NCBI GenBank assembly: GCA_017414385.1
Contig: JAFQMO010000124.1
Span: forward strand, 1-50,432
Reading direction: 5' to 3'
From: Clostridia bacterium
GTDB lineage: Bacteria; Bacillota; Clostridia; Oscillospirales; CAG-272
DNA: 50,432 nt
In this document: positions 17,756-27,578 of the stretch, in pieces
Layout: each line of letters begins with the position of its first letter
Numbering within the stretch: the first letter of the stretch is position 1
The notes under the pieces: model-generated
Databases searched by the model: none
What the model was told of the DNA's origin: nothing
Seen by the model: only the letters and a program-made list of their open reading frames with translations
Made by a program: the position numbers and the translations under genes

Positions 17756-18817
17756 TCAATATTTGCGTTGATCGGATGTATAGGATTCTTTGTCGATGTG
17801 AAATCCGATGTCGGCGGTCTTATATACGGAATCGAAGGATGCACCGGGATGATTCTGACGGATACCCTCAGAGAAGAGACGACGGTAGAGTCCGACAGCA
17901 TCGTGCGGTACACGGACGGTTTCGGTACGAAGATCTCCTTTTGCTGTCAGCCATACAACGGTGACGCATCGAATGGTCGAGTGTGAAAGAAGAGTCTGCA
18001 GATACCATGCAAGCGTGTCATGGATGCTATCTGCGATATCGGGATGAGGATCGCGCTCCAGGGTGATCATAACAGAACGGTCAGCAGCATCCATCGCTTC
18101 ACGAACCAGAAGATCGTCTGTTTTTGCACTTAGCTTCCAATGTACGGCACGCATGGTATCTCCGGGACGGTATTGACGGATTTCGTACTGCTCGGAAAAG
18201 CGCTGTGTGGGTACGGGGACGGATTGGACCTGATCCCATGTGCGAAGGATCTTGTCAGGCTTCCGCGGGATGGGACACACAACGGTCTCCGTACACTGTT
18301 TTCTTGATACACGTGGAAGCGGAAGCAAAAACAGTCCGAGAAAATCGTACATACAGAAAGAGATGAGTCTCCCCCGGATGACAGCGGTATGCTCTGTGCT
18401 GAGCGGGACCGCAGCGGTGCCGGTCAGCTTCAGCAGATACCAAAACGGCGGCTGCAGGCATCGTTCTTTGACCGGATAGGGGAGGATGGTATTTGTGATC
18501 CTGTTTTCCGTGTCTTTTTCGGATGCCAAATTCTTTTGTGCGACTGTCACACGAATGGGCAGCCCATAGGGACAGTGCTTACCTTCAACGTGAATGTACA
18601 TGATACCGTATTCTCCGCGGACGATTTCTGTTGGTGCGACGAGCTTGATACGTATGCAAAACAGCGGAGGAAGCATCAAGATCAGCGAAAAGAGCGGGAG
18701 GATCATCACAAGAAGGAGAAGAAACGTGGAGAACCAAGCGGTGTAATTCATGCAAAACAGCACACATCCACAAATAGAAAGCAGGTATAATATCCAATTT
18801 CGAATTAAGATCTTCAT
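17756..18817 (-). CDS. DUF58 domain protein
   Basis: EIRQYRPGDTMRAVHWKLSAKTDDLLVRE motif, DFLGLF segment and N-terminal TM pair. Coupled to MoxR. Confidence 0.85.
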   Translation of the reverse strand: MKILIRNWILYLLSICGCVLFCMNYTAWFSTFLLLLVMILPLFSLILMLPPLFCIRIKLVAPTEIVRGEYGIMYIHVEGKHCPYGLPIRVTVAQKNLASEKDTENRITNTILPYPVKERCLQPPFWYLLKLTGTAAVPLSTEHTAVIRGRLISFCMYDFLGLFLLPLPRVSRKQCTETVVCPIPRKPDKILRTWDQVQSVPVPTQRFSEQYEIRQYRPGDTMRAVHWKLSAKTDDLLVREAMDAADRSVMITLERDPHPDIADSIHDTLAWYLQTLLSHSTIRCVTVVWLTAKGDLRTETVRVPHDAVGLYRRLFSEGIRQNHPGASFDSVYKTADIGFHIDKESYTSDQRKY

Positions 18818-19803
18818 GCGTTTTTCGGTGGTTGTTTATTGGTGGTTTTCCGTTCGGAAGAGGCAGTGTTCTGAAGAACATTTGGAATGGGGGTGTCCTT
18901 CAGTATCTGATTTGCGATATCCATGGCTGTTTTTCCAAGATGCTCAGCCTCCGGCGTGAGAAGCAGGCGGTGGAAAACCGTCATGGTGAAAACGGTACGA
19001 ACATCCGCAGGCACCACATAATCTCGCTCGGAAAGATACGCATGGGCTTTTGCCATCGCCATGATACCGAGTGTTGCACGGGGGGATGCGCCTCTGGCAA
19101 GGTCGGGGGATTGTCGGGTTGCCGTGACAAGAGCAACGATATAATCGGCTACCTCCTTTGCAATGTACACGGATGCACATTCATTTTGCATGTTGCAGAG
19201 ATCGCTTCCCGAGATCACGCGCATGACACGGTCCAGCGGACGTCCCTGTTGATAACGCAGGATCATTTCGCTTTCACTTGTCGGGTTCGGATAACCGATA
19301 GAAAGACGGATCATGAAACGGTCGATCTGCGAATCGGGCAGGCGTTGAGTACCGGCGGCACCGGTCGGATTCTGTGTCGCAATGACACAAAACGGACGAG
19401 GAAGCGCATAGGAGCTTCCGTCTACGGTGACCTGTCCCTCTTCCATTGCCTCCAGAAGCGCGGATTGTGTTCTGCTTGTTGCACGGTTCAACTCGTCCGC
19501 AAGAAACAGATTGCAAAAGATCGCTCCGGGTCGGTATTCCATTTTTCCGCTGTCCTTATGATAGAGGGAATAGCCTGTGATGTCGGAGGGCAGTACATCG
19601 GGTGTGAACTGTACACGTCCGTACTGTAAATTCATCGCACGGCAAAAAGCGAGTGCCATAGTTGTTTTTCCGACACCGGGGATATCTTCCAGCAGGATAT
19701 GTCCGTCTGCAAGAATGGCAAGCATTGCCCAAATCAAAATATTCCGTTTACCGATAACGGCTTTTTCCGTTTCTGCAATAATACCTTGTATTTTCGAATT
19801 CAT
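18814..19803 (-). CDS. MoxR-family AAA+ ATPase
   Basis: HILLEDIPGVGKT, RVQFTPDVLPSDITG, LADELNRA, QSALLEAMEE and IATQNP motifs. Confidence 0.93.
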   Translation of the reverse strand: MNSKIQGIIAETEKAVIGKRNILIWAMLAILADGHILLEDIPGVGKTTMALAFCRAMNLQYGRVQFTPDVLPSDITGYSLYHKDSGKMEYRPGAIFCNLFLADELNRATSRTQSALLEAMEEGQVTVDGSSYALPRPFCVIATQNPTGAAGTQRLPDSQIDRFMIRLSIGYPNPTSESEMILRYQQGRPLDRVMRVISGSDLCNMQNECASVYIAKEVADYIVALVTATRQSPDLARGASPRATLGIMAMAKAHAYLSERDYVVPADVRTVFTMTVFHRLLLTPEAEHLGKTAMDIANQILKDTPIPNVLQNTASSERKTTNKQPPKNA

Positions 19804-20213
19804 AACAATCTCCTTGTCTTGCGGGATCTTTGGTTACCAAATGGCTGTTTCTTTTATTTGACGTAATTTTTTTGGTTTTGTTCCCTGTTGTACCAAAATA
19901 CTCCATTTTAACTGTGTGAAATGAGGACCGGCGGTGCTTATGTGGACAGACCGATATGCAACACGCCATTTATGAGGACGTTTTCTGTATGGAAAAAGTA
20001 TATCATAAATGATCCGATTTTGCAATATTTTTTTGGTCAAAGCATTTCTGTGTGAAGGAAGGCGATATGGCTTTGAAGAAGGAATATATATCAAATTTGA
20101 TTCCTTTGTTTTTGTGTTAAACAAAAAGGTAAGGAATTTTTGCTTTGATGAAACCTTTTGCGTGTTTTGACGAGTTATATAGTGACGGCCGATCAAAACA
20201 GTGGGGGTGACAT

Positions 20214-20774
20214 ATGATGAACGATACGGATATTGTCGAATTATTTTGGGAACGGGATGAGGGGGCAATCGTAGAATGCCGTGGACGGTACGGAGCATAT
20301 CTGACACGTGTTGTCATGAATATTCTCGGTTGTCTTGAGGACTGTGAGGAATGTGTGAATGATACCTATCTTGCTGCATGGCGATCGATCCCGCCGAACA
20401 GACCGCAGCAATTACTGCCGTATCTGGCTAAGATCAGCAGACGGATTGCGATCGATCGAATCCGACGTATGAACAGAGAGAAGCGGCGCGATACAGAGTA
20501 TTGGCAGCTGCTGTCAGAGCTTTCAGAGGTTGCTTATGAGGACAGCACAGCAGAACAGGTGGAGGCACAGGTCCTGGCAGAGACAGTGAACACATTTCTG
20601 TACACCTTGCCGATAACAGATCGGACCGTGTTTATCCGGAGGTATTATTATATGGAACCGATCGGAACCATTGCCCGGAACGTCGGGATGCGTGAGGCCG
20701 GTGTCAAAACGATGCTGTTTCGTCTTCGTGGACGTCTGCGTGAATATTTGAGAAAGGAAGGATATAAGCTTTGA
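20214..20774 (+). CDS. ECF-type RNA polymerase sigma factor
   Basis: Region 2 DCEECVNDTYLAAWRSIPP...YLAKISRRIAIDR, region 4 VFIRRYYYMEPIGTIA...VKTMLFRLR. Confidence 0.9.
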   Translation: MMNDTDIVELFWERDEGAIVECRGRYGAYLTRVVMNILGCLEDCEECVNDTYLAAWRSIPPNRPQQLLPYLAKISRRIAIDRIRRMNREKRRDTEYWQLLSELSEVAYEDSTAEQVEAQVLAETVNTFLYTLPITDRTVFIRRYYYMEPIGTIARNVGMREAGVKTMLFRLRGRLREYLRKEGYKL

Positions 20775-21778
20775 ATGCGGAAGGATTATTGGATGCAATC
20801 GGTTTCATTGATGATATGCTAATTTTGGAGGCGGAGGAATACTCCGGAAACTTGAAAAAAAGAGAGCGGCACACACGGAAGCGGATACTGCCGATCGCGG
20901 CTTGCGTATGTACAGCGTTTGTACTGATAACGGCATGGATCGGACTTGGAAAATCATTTTTCTCGTTTTTCAACGCAGAGGGGTCTCCGTCCGAAAAGAA
21001 AGACCCGTTTGCTTATTCGGTGATCACTGCTCCCGACGGTGGGGTGACCATCCCCAAAACCGTACCGCAGGCGGATTCTTCTGCTATCGCCGATATGATG
21101 GGACTGTTTCTGTACGACGGTCGTTGTTATGTGGAATACACAGCATTTGAAGATGCAAAGGAAGAGGAACTGCTCGGAGCATATCTCGGAACGGTAACGG
21201 CGGGGATCGATGAATGGAGCGGTAAGGCGGAATGGAAGGATTTTTGCGGTACCGTTGTCGGTGATATTTACACGGTGAAGGGAATGCCGTCAAGCTTCAT
21301 GCTTTGTCTGAAAAATGAGGTCGGTGTCGGATTGTTTATCAACGATAACGGGATTACGATACAGACGGGAGCGGATCTGTACAGCGAACGACTTGATCTG
21401 AAGGATAGCTATACGGGGGTCTGGGCAGAAGCATATGATGATTGGTATTGCGGCAGGAATCATAGGATCGTATTGCTTGATGAACATGTGGAAGCGAGTG
21501 ATGACCACAAAAAAACGATCGTGGACAGGTTTATCGATGCATTGAATGACGGAAGGGTACACAGTCTTCGGGATATTCAGAAGCGAGAATCGGGAAGGCT
21601 TTATCAGACACAGCTTTATGCACTGAACTTTACCACGGATCACGGATTCCGGATCTTCCTGCGGGTATTTGAAAACGGGCTCGTCAGCTTTGACGGCGTG
21701 GGATCGGTCGTTGTACAGATAGAAGAGCGTGCATGGCGTGATCTGATCGAGATGATTGAAGAAGTGGCTGAAAATTGA
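20771..21778 (+). CDS. Putative anti-sigma factor (single TM, extracytoplasmic domain)
   Basis: Overlaps the sigma stop codon. LLDAIGFIDDMLILEA N-terminus followed by a TM helix (IAACVCTAFVLITAWIGLG), typical of clostridial ECF partners. Confidence 0.65.
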   Translation: MNAEGLLDAIGFIDDMLILEAEEYSGNLKKRERHTRKRILPIAACVCTAFVLITAWIGLGKSFFSFFNAEGSPSEKKDPFAYSVITAPDGGVTIPKTVPQADSSAIADMMGLFLYDGRCYVEYTAFEDAKEEELLGAYLGTVTAGIDEWSGKAEWKDFCGTVVGDIYTVKGMPSSFMLCLKNEVGVGLFINDNGITIQTGADLYSERLDLKDSYTGVWAEAYDDWYCGRNHRIVLLDEHVEASDDHKKTIVDRFIDALNDGRVHSLRDIQKRESGRLYQTQLYALNFTTDHGFRIFLRVFENGLVSFDGVGSVVVQIEERAWRDLIEMIEEVAEN

Positions 21779-21802
21779 TTGTTTGACATTGGGAAAACAG
21801 AA

Positions 21803-21839
21803 AAAAGGACCGCGGCGGAGCTTTCCGTCGGGTCCTTTT
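21803..21839 (+). terminator. Intrinsic terminator
   Basis: AAAAGGACC...GGTCCTTTT hairpin after the anti-sigma gene. Confidence 0.65.
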
Positions 21840-21874
21840 CCATGTTTTGGAAATATTGCAAAAACAGTGTCGGG

Positions 21875-21903
21875 TTGACTTATATTTGGTTTTGTGGTAT
21901 AAT
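21875..21903 (+). promoter_or_regulatory. sigma-A promoter
   Basis: TTGACT, 17 bp, TG-extended TATAAT. Confidence 0.75.
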
Positions 21904-21967
21904 CACAGTGAAAGAGATGTATGTCCGTCATGTTGTTTGCTTCGAGGACGATAGGAGGTCTATAAAT

Positions 21968-23476
21968 ATGAAACATCAATACCGTTTGGCGGCTGCGATG
22001 CTTGCGATCCTGCTTTTTTGCAGTGCGGCGGTTCTTCCGATGAATGCGGTCGGGTTTGATGCGTTCGAGGAAAAAAAGACTTACACGCAGGGGCAGTTTA
22101 AGGATGTGGGAGAGGAAAATTGGTTTGCGGAGAATGTTGCCGCAGTGTACCGTCTGGGCCTTATGATCGGTACTGCCGATGATAGCTTTTCTCCCGACGG
22201 AATGGTTACGGCAGCAGAGATTTATACGTTGATTGCCCGTATTTATGCCATTTATACGGAAGATCGTATGGCTGATTTTTCTGCAGCATCTCCGTGGTAC
22301 AGTCCGTATGTGACATACGGAATTGCACACGGACTGATCCCCGCTGAAACGGCGGACCGTCCTGCTGCGTATTTTGGTCAATCGGTGACGCGTGCCTTTA
22401 TGGTCGAGGCGTTTTCCGCCTTGCCCGATGAGATGTGGGCAGAGATCAATTTGGTTGATGACGGAGCAATTCCCGATGTTTCGATGGATGAGGAATATGC
22501 AGCAGATGTTTACCGTGCATACCGTGCGGGAATCCTCGTCGGTACCGACGGAAATGTTTTCTCTGCGGAAAAGGGAGTAACCCGTGCAGAGATCGCTGCG
22601 ATTGTCGGCCGCTTGGTCGTTCCGTCTCAAAGACTTCGTGTTACTTTGCAGAATCCAACAACGGTTATCTTATATGCGGCAAACGGATCCTCGAGAATCG
22701 TTCCCTATGAAGAGACGGAGCAGTATTATCTGCGCGGATGGAAGGATACACCGTATCCGACAGAAACGCCTTCCGTTACCGTATTGCTCAATGAGGCTTC
22801 TCTGGACCCCGTGAAAACGGGATATACACCGCTTGATGCAAAGATCGATGCGGTGTTTGCAAAGATTATCAAGCCTGCAATGACGACTGAAGAAAAGGTT
22901 CGTGCTTGTTATGATTATTTGATCAATCATTTTTCATACGGCAGAAGCGAAGCGTCCGGATGGTATCGGCCTATTTATGCCAATAATCCATACGATTCCC
23001 CCTCACCGGGGCTTATTTGCACGCCTGTTCCGGCGCTTGCATCGTCACGCGGATACGAGTATTTTTTCCGTGCACTTGGGGAACATGCATTGGAGGCGTA
23101 TGCAGTATTGTATGCATCGGAGATGCTTTCGGGAACGCATGGCTGGTGTGATCACTATTCTTTGACTTTCGTGGTCATGATGCGCAGGATCGGTCTGCAG
23201 TGCTTCCCTGTGTATGCAAGTGCGAAAAACGGGAATACGTACGGTGTACATATGCTGACGTTTATAACGGTTGGCGGTGTGGATTACATATTTGATCCGC
23301 AGATCGAGGATGTTCTCGTGCAGTCAACAGGTATATGCAGCTATAAGCGTTATGGTAAGACCATTGAAGAATTAAAGGACCATTATAGGGATTTCGATTT
23401 GATGGAGGATTGCAGACAGCTGTTCGGACCGTTTTCTTATGATGCAGCCAAGATGCAGGCGATCCTAAATTCCTGA
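21968..23476 (+). CDS. Secreted S-layer-homology (SLH) protein with C-terminal transglutaminase-like domain
   Basis: Signal peptide. SLH repeats (FKDVGEENWF...GLMIG, VTRAFMV, GILVG...VTRAEIAAIV). EEKVRACYDYL, GWCDHY, VHML and IFDP give a putative Cys-His-Asp triad. Start 21968 after GGAGG. Confidence 0.8.
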   Translation: MKHQYRLAAAMLAILLFCSAAVLPMNAVGFDAFEEKKTYTQGQFKDVGEENWFAENVAAVYRLGLMIGTADDSFSPDGMVTAAEIYTLIARIYAIYTEDRMADFSAASPWYSPYVTYGIAHGLIPAETADRPAAYFGQSVTRAFMVEAFSALPDEMWAEINLVDDGAIPDVSMDEEYAADVYRAYRAGILVGTDGNVFSAEKGVTRAEIAAIVGRLVVPSQRLRVTLQNPTTVILYAANGSSRIVPYEETEQYYLRGWKDTPYPTETPSVTVLLNEASLDPVKTGYTPLDAKIDAVFAKIIKPAMTTEEKVRACYDYLINHFSYGRSEASGWYRPIYANNPYDSPSPGLICTPVPALASSRGYEYFFRALGEHALEAYAVLYASEMLSGTHGWCDHYSLTFVVMMRRIGLQCFPVYASAKNGNTYGVHMLTFITVGGVDYIFDPQIEDVLVQSTGICSYKRYGKTIEELKDHYRDFDLMEDCRQLFGPFSYDAAKMQAILNS

Positions 23477-23489
23477 AAAAGGAAAGAAC

Positions 23490-24128
23490 ATGAAAACGTT
23501 ATTGATCACGGGCTTTGACCCGTTTGGCGGAGCAACCGTCAATCCTGCTTGGGAGGCTGTGCAGCAGCTGCCGGAAACGGTTGGTGTATATCGGCTTTGC
23601 AAGCTACAGATACCGACGGTTTTTGACGATGCTGCCAAAATTGTTATAGAGAAGGCAGATGAGGTTCGGCCATCGGTGATTTTGTGTATCGGACAGGCGG
23701 GCGGACGTGATGCGGTTACGCCGGAGTTTGTTGCGATCAATCATCGATATGCATCCATTGCAGATAATGCGGGACAGATGCCGCAGGGGACTTGCATAAA
23801 CCGTGAAGCTCCTGCAGCATATTTTGCGACCGTTCCGGTCCGTTTAATGACAGAAGCGGCCTGTGCGGAGGGAATACGGGCGTCGGTTTCTTATACTGCG
23901 GGTACGTTTGTCTGTAACGATGTGTTGTTTCAATTGTTGCACTATTATCGCAACGATGATATACGTATCGGCTTTATTCATGTACCGTATATTCCGTCGC
24001 AGCTGACAGACTCGCGGAAAAGCATGCCGTCTATGCCGGTTGAAGACATCGTACGTGGATTGATTGCCGCAATTTCGGCATTAGATACGCCATCTGTTCA
24101 GCCCGACATTAAGGAGATGTCGGGCTGA
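23490..24128 (+). CDS. pcp: Pyroglutamyl-peptidase I (pyrrolidone-carboxylate peptidase)
   Basis: LLITGFDPFGG..NPAW, GQAGGR...PE, AGTFVCN and GFIHVPY motifs. Confidence 0.93.
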   Translation: MKTLLITGFDPFGGATVNPAWEAVQQLPETVGVYRLCKLQIPTVFDDAAKIVIEKADEVRPSVILCIGQAGGRDAVTPEFVAINHRYASIADNAGQMPQGTCINREAPAAYFATVPVRLMTEAACAEGIRASVSYTAGTFVCNDVLFQLLHYYRNDDIRIGFIHVPYIPSQLTDSRKSMPSMPVEDIVRGLIAAISALDTPSVQPDIKEMSG

Positions 24129-24678
24129 GAGGGGGTGTCGGTGGGATCGATTGCTGTTTCCTCATTTCCAAATTGAACATTTCTGCAATCGCGTTCCAGG
24201 TTGGAAGATCCAGCTTTCCGGTCGTGTTAAGATTCCAAAGAGATTGTATAACGGTGACGGCAGAGGCGGTTGCTTGATACCCTACGCCGGTTACTGCAAA
24301 AGGAGGATAAAAATCACCGATTTCGGATAATGTACGCAGGACTGCTTGCAGAAACTCGATAAGCAGAGGGAAATCTTCGATCGATTCAGTAATAAAAGGA
24401 TTGTATAACGGATATAACGGCGCCCCCGCCTGAAAACGGGAGGCGCTTTTTTCATGCTCGGATACCAGCCGCTCCCATGTGTTCAGGTCAACAACGCCCG
24501 TTTGTTCAAGTGCATATCGGTTTTGAAATGCGAGGAGGGCAGCTGCGGTTTGTTCGTTCCACACTCCGGTAATGGCAATACGTGGGATGTCCGGATCGGT
24601 GTAACTGAGCCCTAACAAAAGAAATTGAAGCTCGCGAATGTTTTGGGGTGTCTTTGAAATATCGATCGTGTGCTGCAT
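24109..24678 (-). CDS. Peptidoglycan-binding domain protein (two PG_binding_1-like modules)
   Basis: IRELQ...TGVWNEQTAAALLAFQ...TGVVDLNTW and a second module ending TGKLDLPTW. Confidence 0.75.
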   Translation of the reverse strand: MQHTIDISKTPQNIRELQFLLLGLSYTDPDIPRIAITGVWNEQTAAALLAFQNRYALEQTGVVDLNTWERLVSEHEKSASRFQAGAPLYPLYNPFITESIEDFPLLIEFLQAVLRTLSEIGDFYPPFAVTGVGYQATASAVTVIQSLWNLNTTGKLDLPTWNAIAEMFNLEMRKQQSIPPTPPLSPTSP

Positions 24679-24692
24679 AGGGTACCTACCTT

Positions 24693-26087
24693 TTATTGAT
24701 AATTTCCGGCATACTGTCCGACTGAGCGTAGGTTGCCTTCACGAATGTTGGAAGCTTCGGTTGCAATTGCGCTCCAGGTGATTGGTCCGACTACGCCGTT
24801 TGGTTCGATTCCGAAAATCTCCTGCGCGGTAATAACAGCCTGCTGTGTGGCATCGCCGAAATAGCCGGTAACAGAGAATGGCGTAATCTCCGGCTGTACG
24901 GCTGCAAGTGTATTCAGATATTCTTGTAAAAGACGTACATCCTCTCCGGATGAGCCGCGAACGAGAAAGTTCCCGGGGAACGGGACGGCGGTATTATTGA
25001 AGGAGGACGGCGGCTGACTCTCAATGATACCGCGGTATACATCGTATATGGCATCCCATGTGAGGGGACCGACGATTCCGTCAATATCAAGACCGTATGC
25101 CTGCTGAAAGGCTATCACTGCATTTTTTGTCTGTTCTCCGAAATATCCTGTGATTGGAATAGGAGGGACCTCATTCACATATACAGCAATATAGGCAAGC
25201 AGATATTGCAATGTTTGAACGGCAAGCGATTGCTGCCCTTGTTGCAGGGTTTGGGGAAACGCAGTACTGATATCTGAAATCTTCAGTCCCTCCGAGTTCA
25301 GTTCGTTCAGACGTTTCACAGCGTTAAATATACGGATGATCTGATACCATGTTGCCGGCCCGACAACACCGTCGGGTGTCAGATTGAAAATTCGCTGAAA
25401 CGCTTTAACGGCATCGGCGGTTTCGACGGTATATATTCCGTCCACCGGGTAGATTTTGGGGATCGCAGGATAATTACGGGAGATCCGATTGAGCCGCAGC
25501 TGTACATTTTTGGTATCGTTGCCGATGGATCCGATGGAAAGAGGGGAACCCGGATATGATTCGGAAACATTTCCGGTAGGTACGTTGGAGACAACACGGA
25601 TATCATCACCGTAATAGTATTGCAGGATCTGATAGGGGAGAAGCCCATCCTCCGCAAGCGGAACCGTTCCCCATTGAGATAATCCGCTGCAGGTTACGGT
25701 TGTTCCATTGCAGTATTGTGTAAAATACGGCTCTATGGAATCTCCTTTTACAACATAGCTGTTGAAAATGTCGTCTGCGATACGGTCGATATTATCAAAG
25801 ATCGTTCTGCCGTTGATAAAATATTGGTCATATGCAGTGGAATTTGTTATGTCAAAATCATATCCGCGGGAACGGTAATACTCGGTATAGATACGGTTGA
25901 GTGCAAAAGAGATTTGTGCATACATATTGGCACGAATGGCACTTTCCGGCCAGGTCGGATATATTTCACTGGATGCGACATTTTTGACATAATCGATAAA
26001 GGGAACGGTGACATTTGGAGCGGCAGCTCCGGGGGCACCCAAATGGACGGTGATGGTTTCCGGAATGATGGGATTGATATTCGGCAT
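24693..26087 (-). CDS. SleC-like spore cortex-lytic enzyme (SpoIID/LytB-type catalytic domain plus three PG-binding modules), lacking the prepro region
   Basis: IPETITVHLG, YVKNVASSEIYPTWP, LNRIYTEYYRSRGYDFDITNSTAYDQ, QYCNG and SQWG match mature clostridial SleC. Three DG(I/V)VGPxTW-type PG-binding repeats. Confidence 0.85.
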   Translation of the reverse strand: MPNINPIIPETITVHLGAPGAAAPNVTVPFIDYVKNVASSEIYPTWPESAIRANMYAQISFALNRIYTEYYRSRGYDFDITNSTAYDQYFINGRTIFDNIDRIADDIFNSYVVKGDSIEPYFTQYCNGTTVTCSGLSQWGTVPLAEDGLLPYQILQYYYGDDIRVVSNVPTGNVSESYPGSPLSIGSIGNDTKNVQLRLNRISRNYPAIPKIYPVDGIYTVETADAVKAFQRIFNLTPDGVVGPATWYQIIRIFNAVKRLNELNSEGLKISDISTAFPQTLQQGQQSLAVQTLQYLLAYIAVYVNEVPPIPITGYFGEQTKNAVIAFQQAYGLDIDGIVGPLTWDAIYDVYRGIIESQPPSSFNNTAVPFPGNFLVRGSSGEDVRLLQEYLNTLAAVQPEITPFSVTGYFGDATQQAVITAQEIFGIEPNGVVGPITWSAIATEASNIREGNLRSVGQYAGNYQ

Positions 26088-26099
26088 GAGGACCTCCGA

Positions 26100-26570
26100 T
26101 TACAGATTGTTTGGGCGTGTTTCCGAAAAAATAATCAGCTCACCGTTGGGTTCGGCATACTGTTCACTTTTGGATAAGGGGATCATATCAAAATACTGCA
26201 GAGATCGTATCCCCGGAAAAATGGGGACCTCCTTCGCTTCAGCAGAATAATACCCATCACGGAAAACGCGTACATGGACGGTCGTGTACGGCAAGTAGGG
26301 GCTGTTGGGCGCAAGGGAGCTTTTGGGAGAAGGTGTTGGAATCGGAACAGCCTCGGCGATCCCACTTTCATCGGAGGTCTGTCGGCGATAGAGAGAATAT
26401 TCATTGTCATCATTTGGCAGATAGATCTCAATTTGAACATTGGATAAGGGGTAAGCCTTCCCGCCGGTTCCCGTCGAAACTGTTAAGTATCCGACATCGC
26501 TGCTTTCCGATATGGGTGGATTATCTCGTTCTTTTATGGGCATGATGTCGGTATTTTGTTCTTTTTCGCT
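26100..26570 (-). CDS. Stand-alone homologue of the SleC N-terminal pre-domain
   Basis: GYLTVS...PLSNVQIEIY...TSDESG...PIPTP...SLAP...PY...DGYY...VPIFPG resembles the N-terminal region of clostridial SleC as I recall it. Start at MSEKEQ after GAAAGGAG. Confidence 0.65.
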   Translation of the reverse strand, partial: SEKEQNTDIMPIKERDNPPISESSDVGYLTVSTGTGGKAYPLSNVQIEIYLPNDDNEYSLYRRQTSDESGIAEAVPIPTPSPKSSLAPNSPYLPYTTVHVRVFRDGYYSAEAKEVPIFPGIRSLQYFDMIPLSKSEQYAEPNGELIIFSETRPNNL

Positions 26571-26611
26571 CATATGTGATGCTCCTTTCATATATGTGAG
26601 GATTCCGTTTC

Positions 26612-26640
26612 AGCATATGTGCGAGCACGGTTATTTAGAA
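26612..26640 (-). promoter_or_regulatory. Possible sigma-E (mother-cell sporulation) promoter
   Basis: Minus strand TTCTAAA, 14 bp, CATATGCT upstream of the SleC-like operon. Confidence 0.35.
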
Positions 26641-26663
26641 TCGGGAAAATACGATCAATGCTC

Positions 26664-26692
26664 TTGAAAATATGATTTTGATATGGTATAAT
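26664..26692 (+). promoter_or_regulatory. sigma-A promoter
   Basis: TTGAAA, 17 bp, TG-extended TATAAT. Confidence 0.7.
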
Positions 26693-26724
26693 GAACCGAA
26701 AATATTTTTGGTGAAGGAGATAAA

Positions 26725-27465
26725 GTGATGCTGATTATTGCAAGTGATTTTGACGGTACGATCTGTAGGGTTTATGGGGATGAGTATTGTATTTCCGAAA
26801 AGGACCGCAATGCAATCCGGTGTTGGCAGAAGGAGGGAAATCGTTTCGGTATTGTTACGGGACGGGGCTCCGAATTGTTTGATGAGGAATCGGTACAGAT
26901 GATCAAGCTTGATTATGCTGTTGTTTATAACGGTGCACTGATTATGGATGGGAATCGAAATGTGATCGCAGAGGAATATATTTCGCGTGAATTGGCTGAA
27001 GATTATGCTGCATTTATTCGTCAATTCCCCGGATTGGAGGAATGTGAGTTCGGTTTTGCTTGCCGCGATCCCAAGGCGGCCCCAACCGATGGAAATATCA
27101 AAGGAGTATACCAGATCTTTACAGGAGGAAATGTGCAGGAGGAGGTCGACCGTGCGGTTGCGCTGTGTAATGAGCATTATGGGGATACGATCATTACCTA
27201 TAAAAACGGCGATTGTATCAATGCAGTGAAAAGAGGTGTCAGCAAGGCAACGGGAATCCGGGCATATATGAGGGCGGTTGGATGCACAGAGAGGGAGGTC
27301 TTTTCTGTGGGGGATAACTACAATGATCTTCCGATGCTGTATGCATTTGACGGCTATGTGGTCAACACCGCTGATAAGGAGATCCGTGATCTGATCCCCA
27401 ATCACTGTGAGGATATGGACGATCTTATGATGCAGGCAAAGAAACGGTATTCAGGAGGTTGCTGA
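26725..27465 (+). CDS. Cof-type HAD-IIB hydrolase
   Basis: IASDFDGT, IVTGR, YNGA, VSKATG and VGDNYNDLPM motifs. Confidence 0.88.
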   Translation: MMLIIASDFDGTICRVYGDEYCISEKDRNAIRCWQKEGNRFGIVTGRGSELFDEESVQMIKLDYAVVYNGALIMDGNRNVIAEEYISRELAEDYAAFIRQFPGLEECEFGFACRDPKAAPTDGNIKGVYQIFTGGNVQEEVDRAVALCNEHYGDTIITYKNGDCINAVKRGVSKATGIRAYMRAVGCTEREVFSVGDNYNDLPMLYAFDGYVVNTADKEIRDLIPNHCEDMDDLMMQAKKRYSGGC

Positions 27466-27530
27466 GATTTATCGGATGCTTTGATCGCAGCAGCGGTTGA
27501 ATGTTACTTATACTGTATTCGACAAAAAAG

Positions 27531-27578
27531 AGAGGACTTGCACGATCCGTTTTACACGGATCAGGGCAAGTCCTTTTT
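27531..27578. terminator. Bidirectional terminator
   Basis: AGGACTTGC..GATCCGT...ACGGATC..GCAAGTCCT flanked by A and T runs. Confidence 0.75.

Noticed and set aside
18305-18320. parS-like TGATACACGTGGAAGC in the DUF58 gene
   Set aside because: Several mismatches in the arms and poor palindromy, so likely chance.
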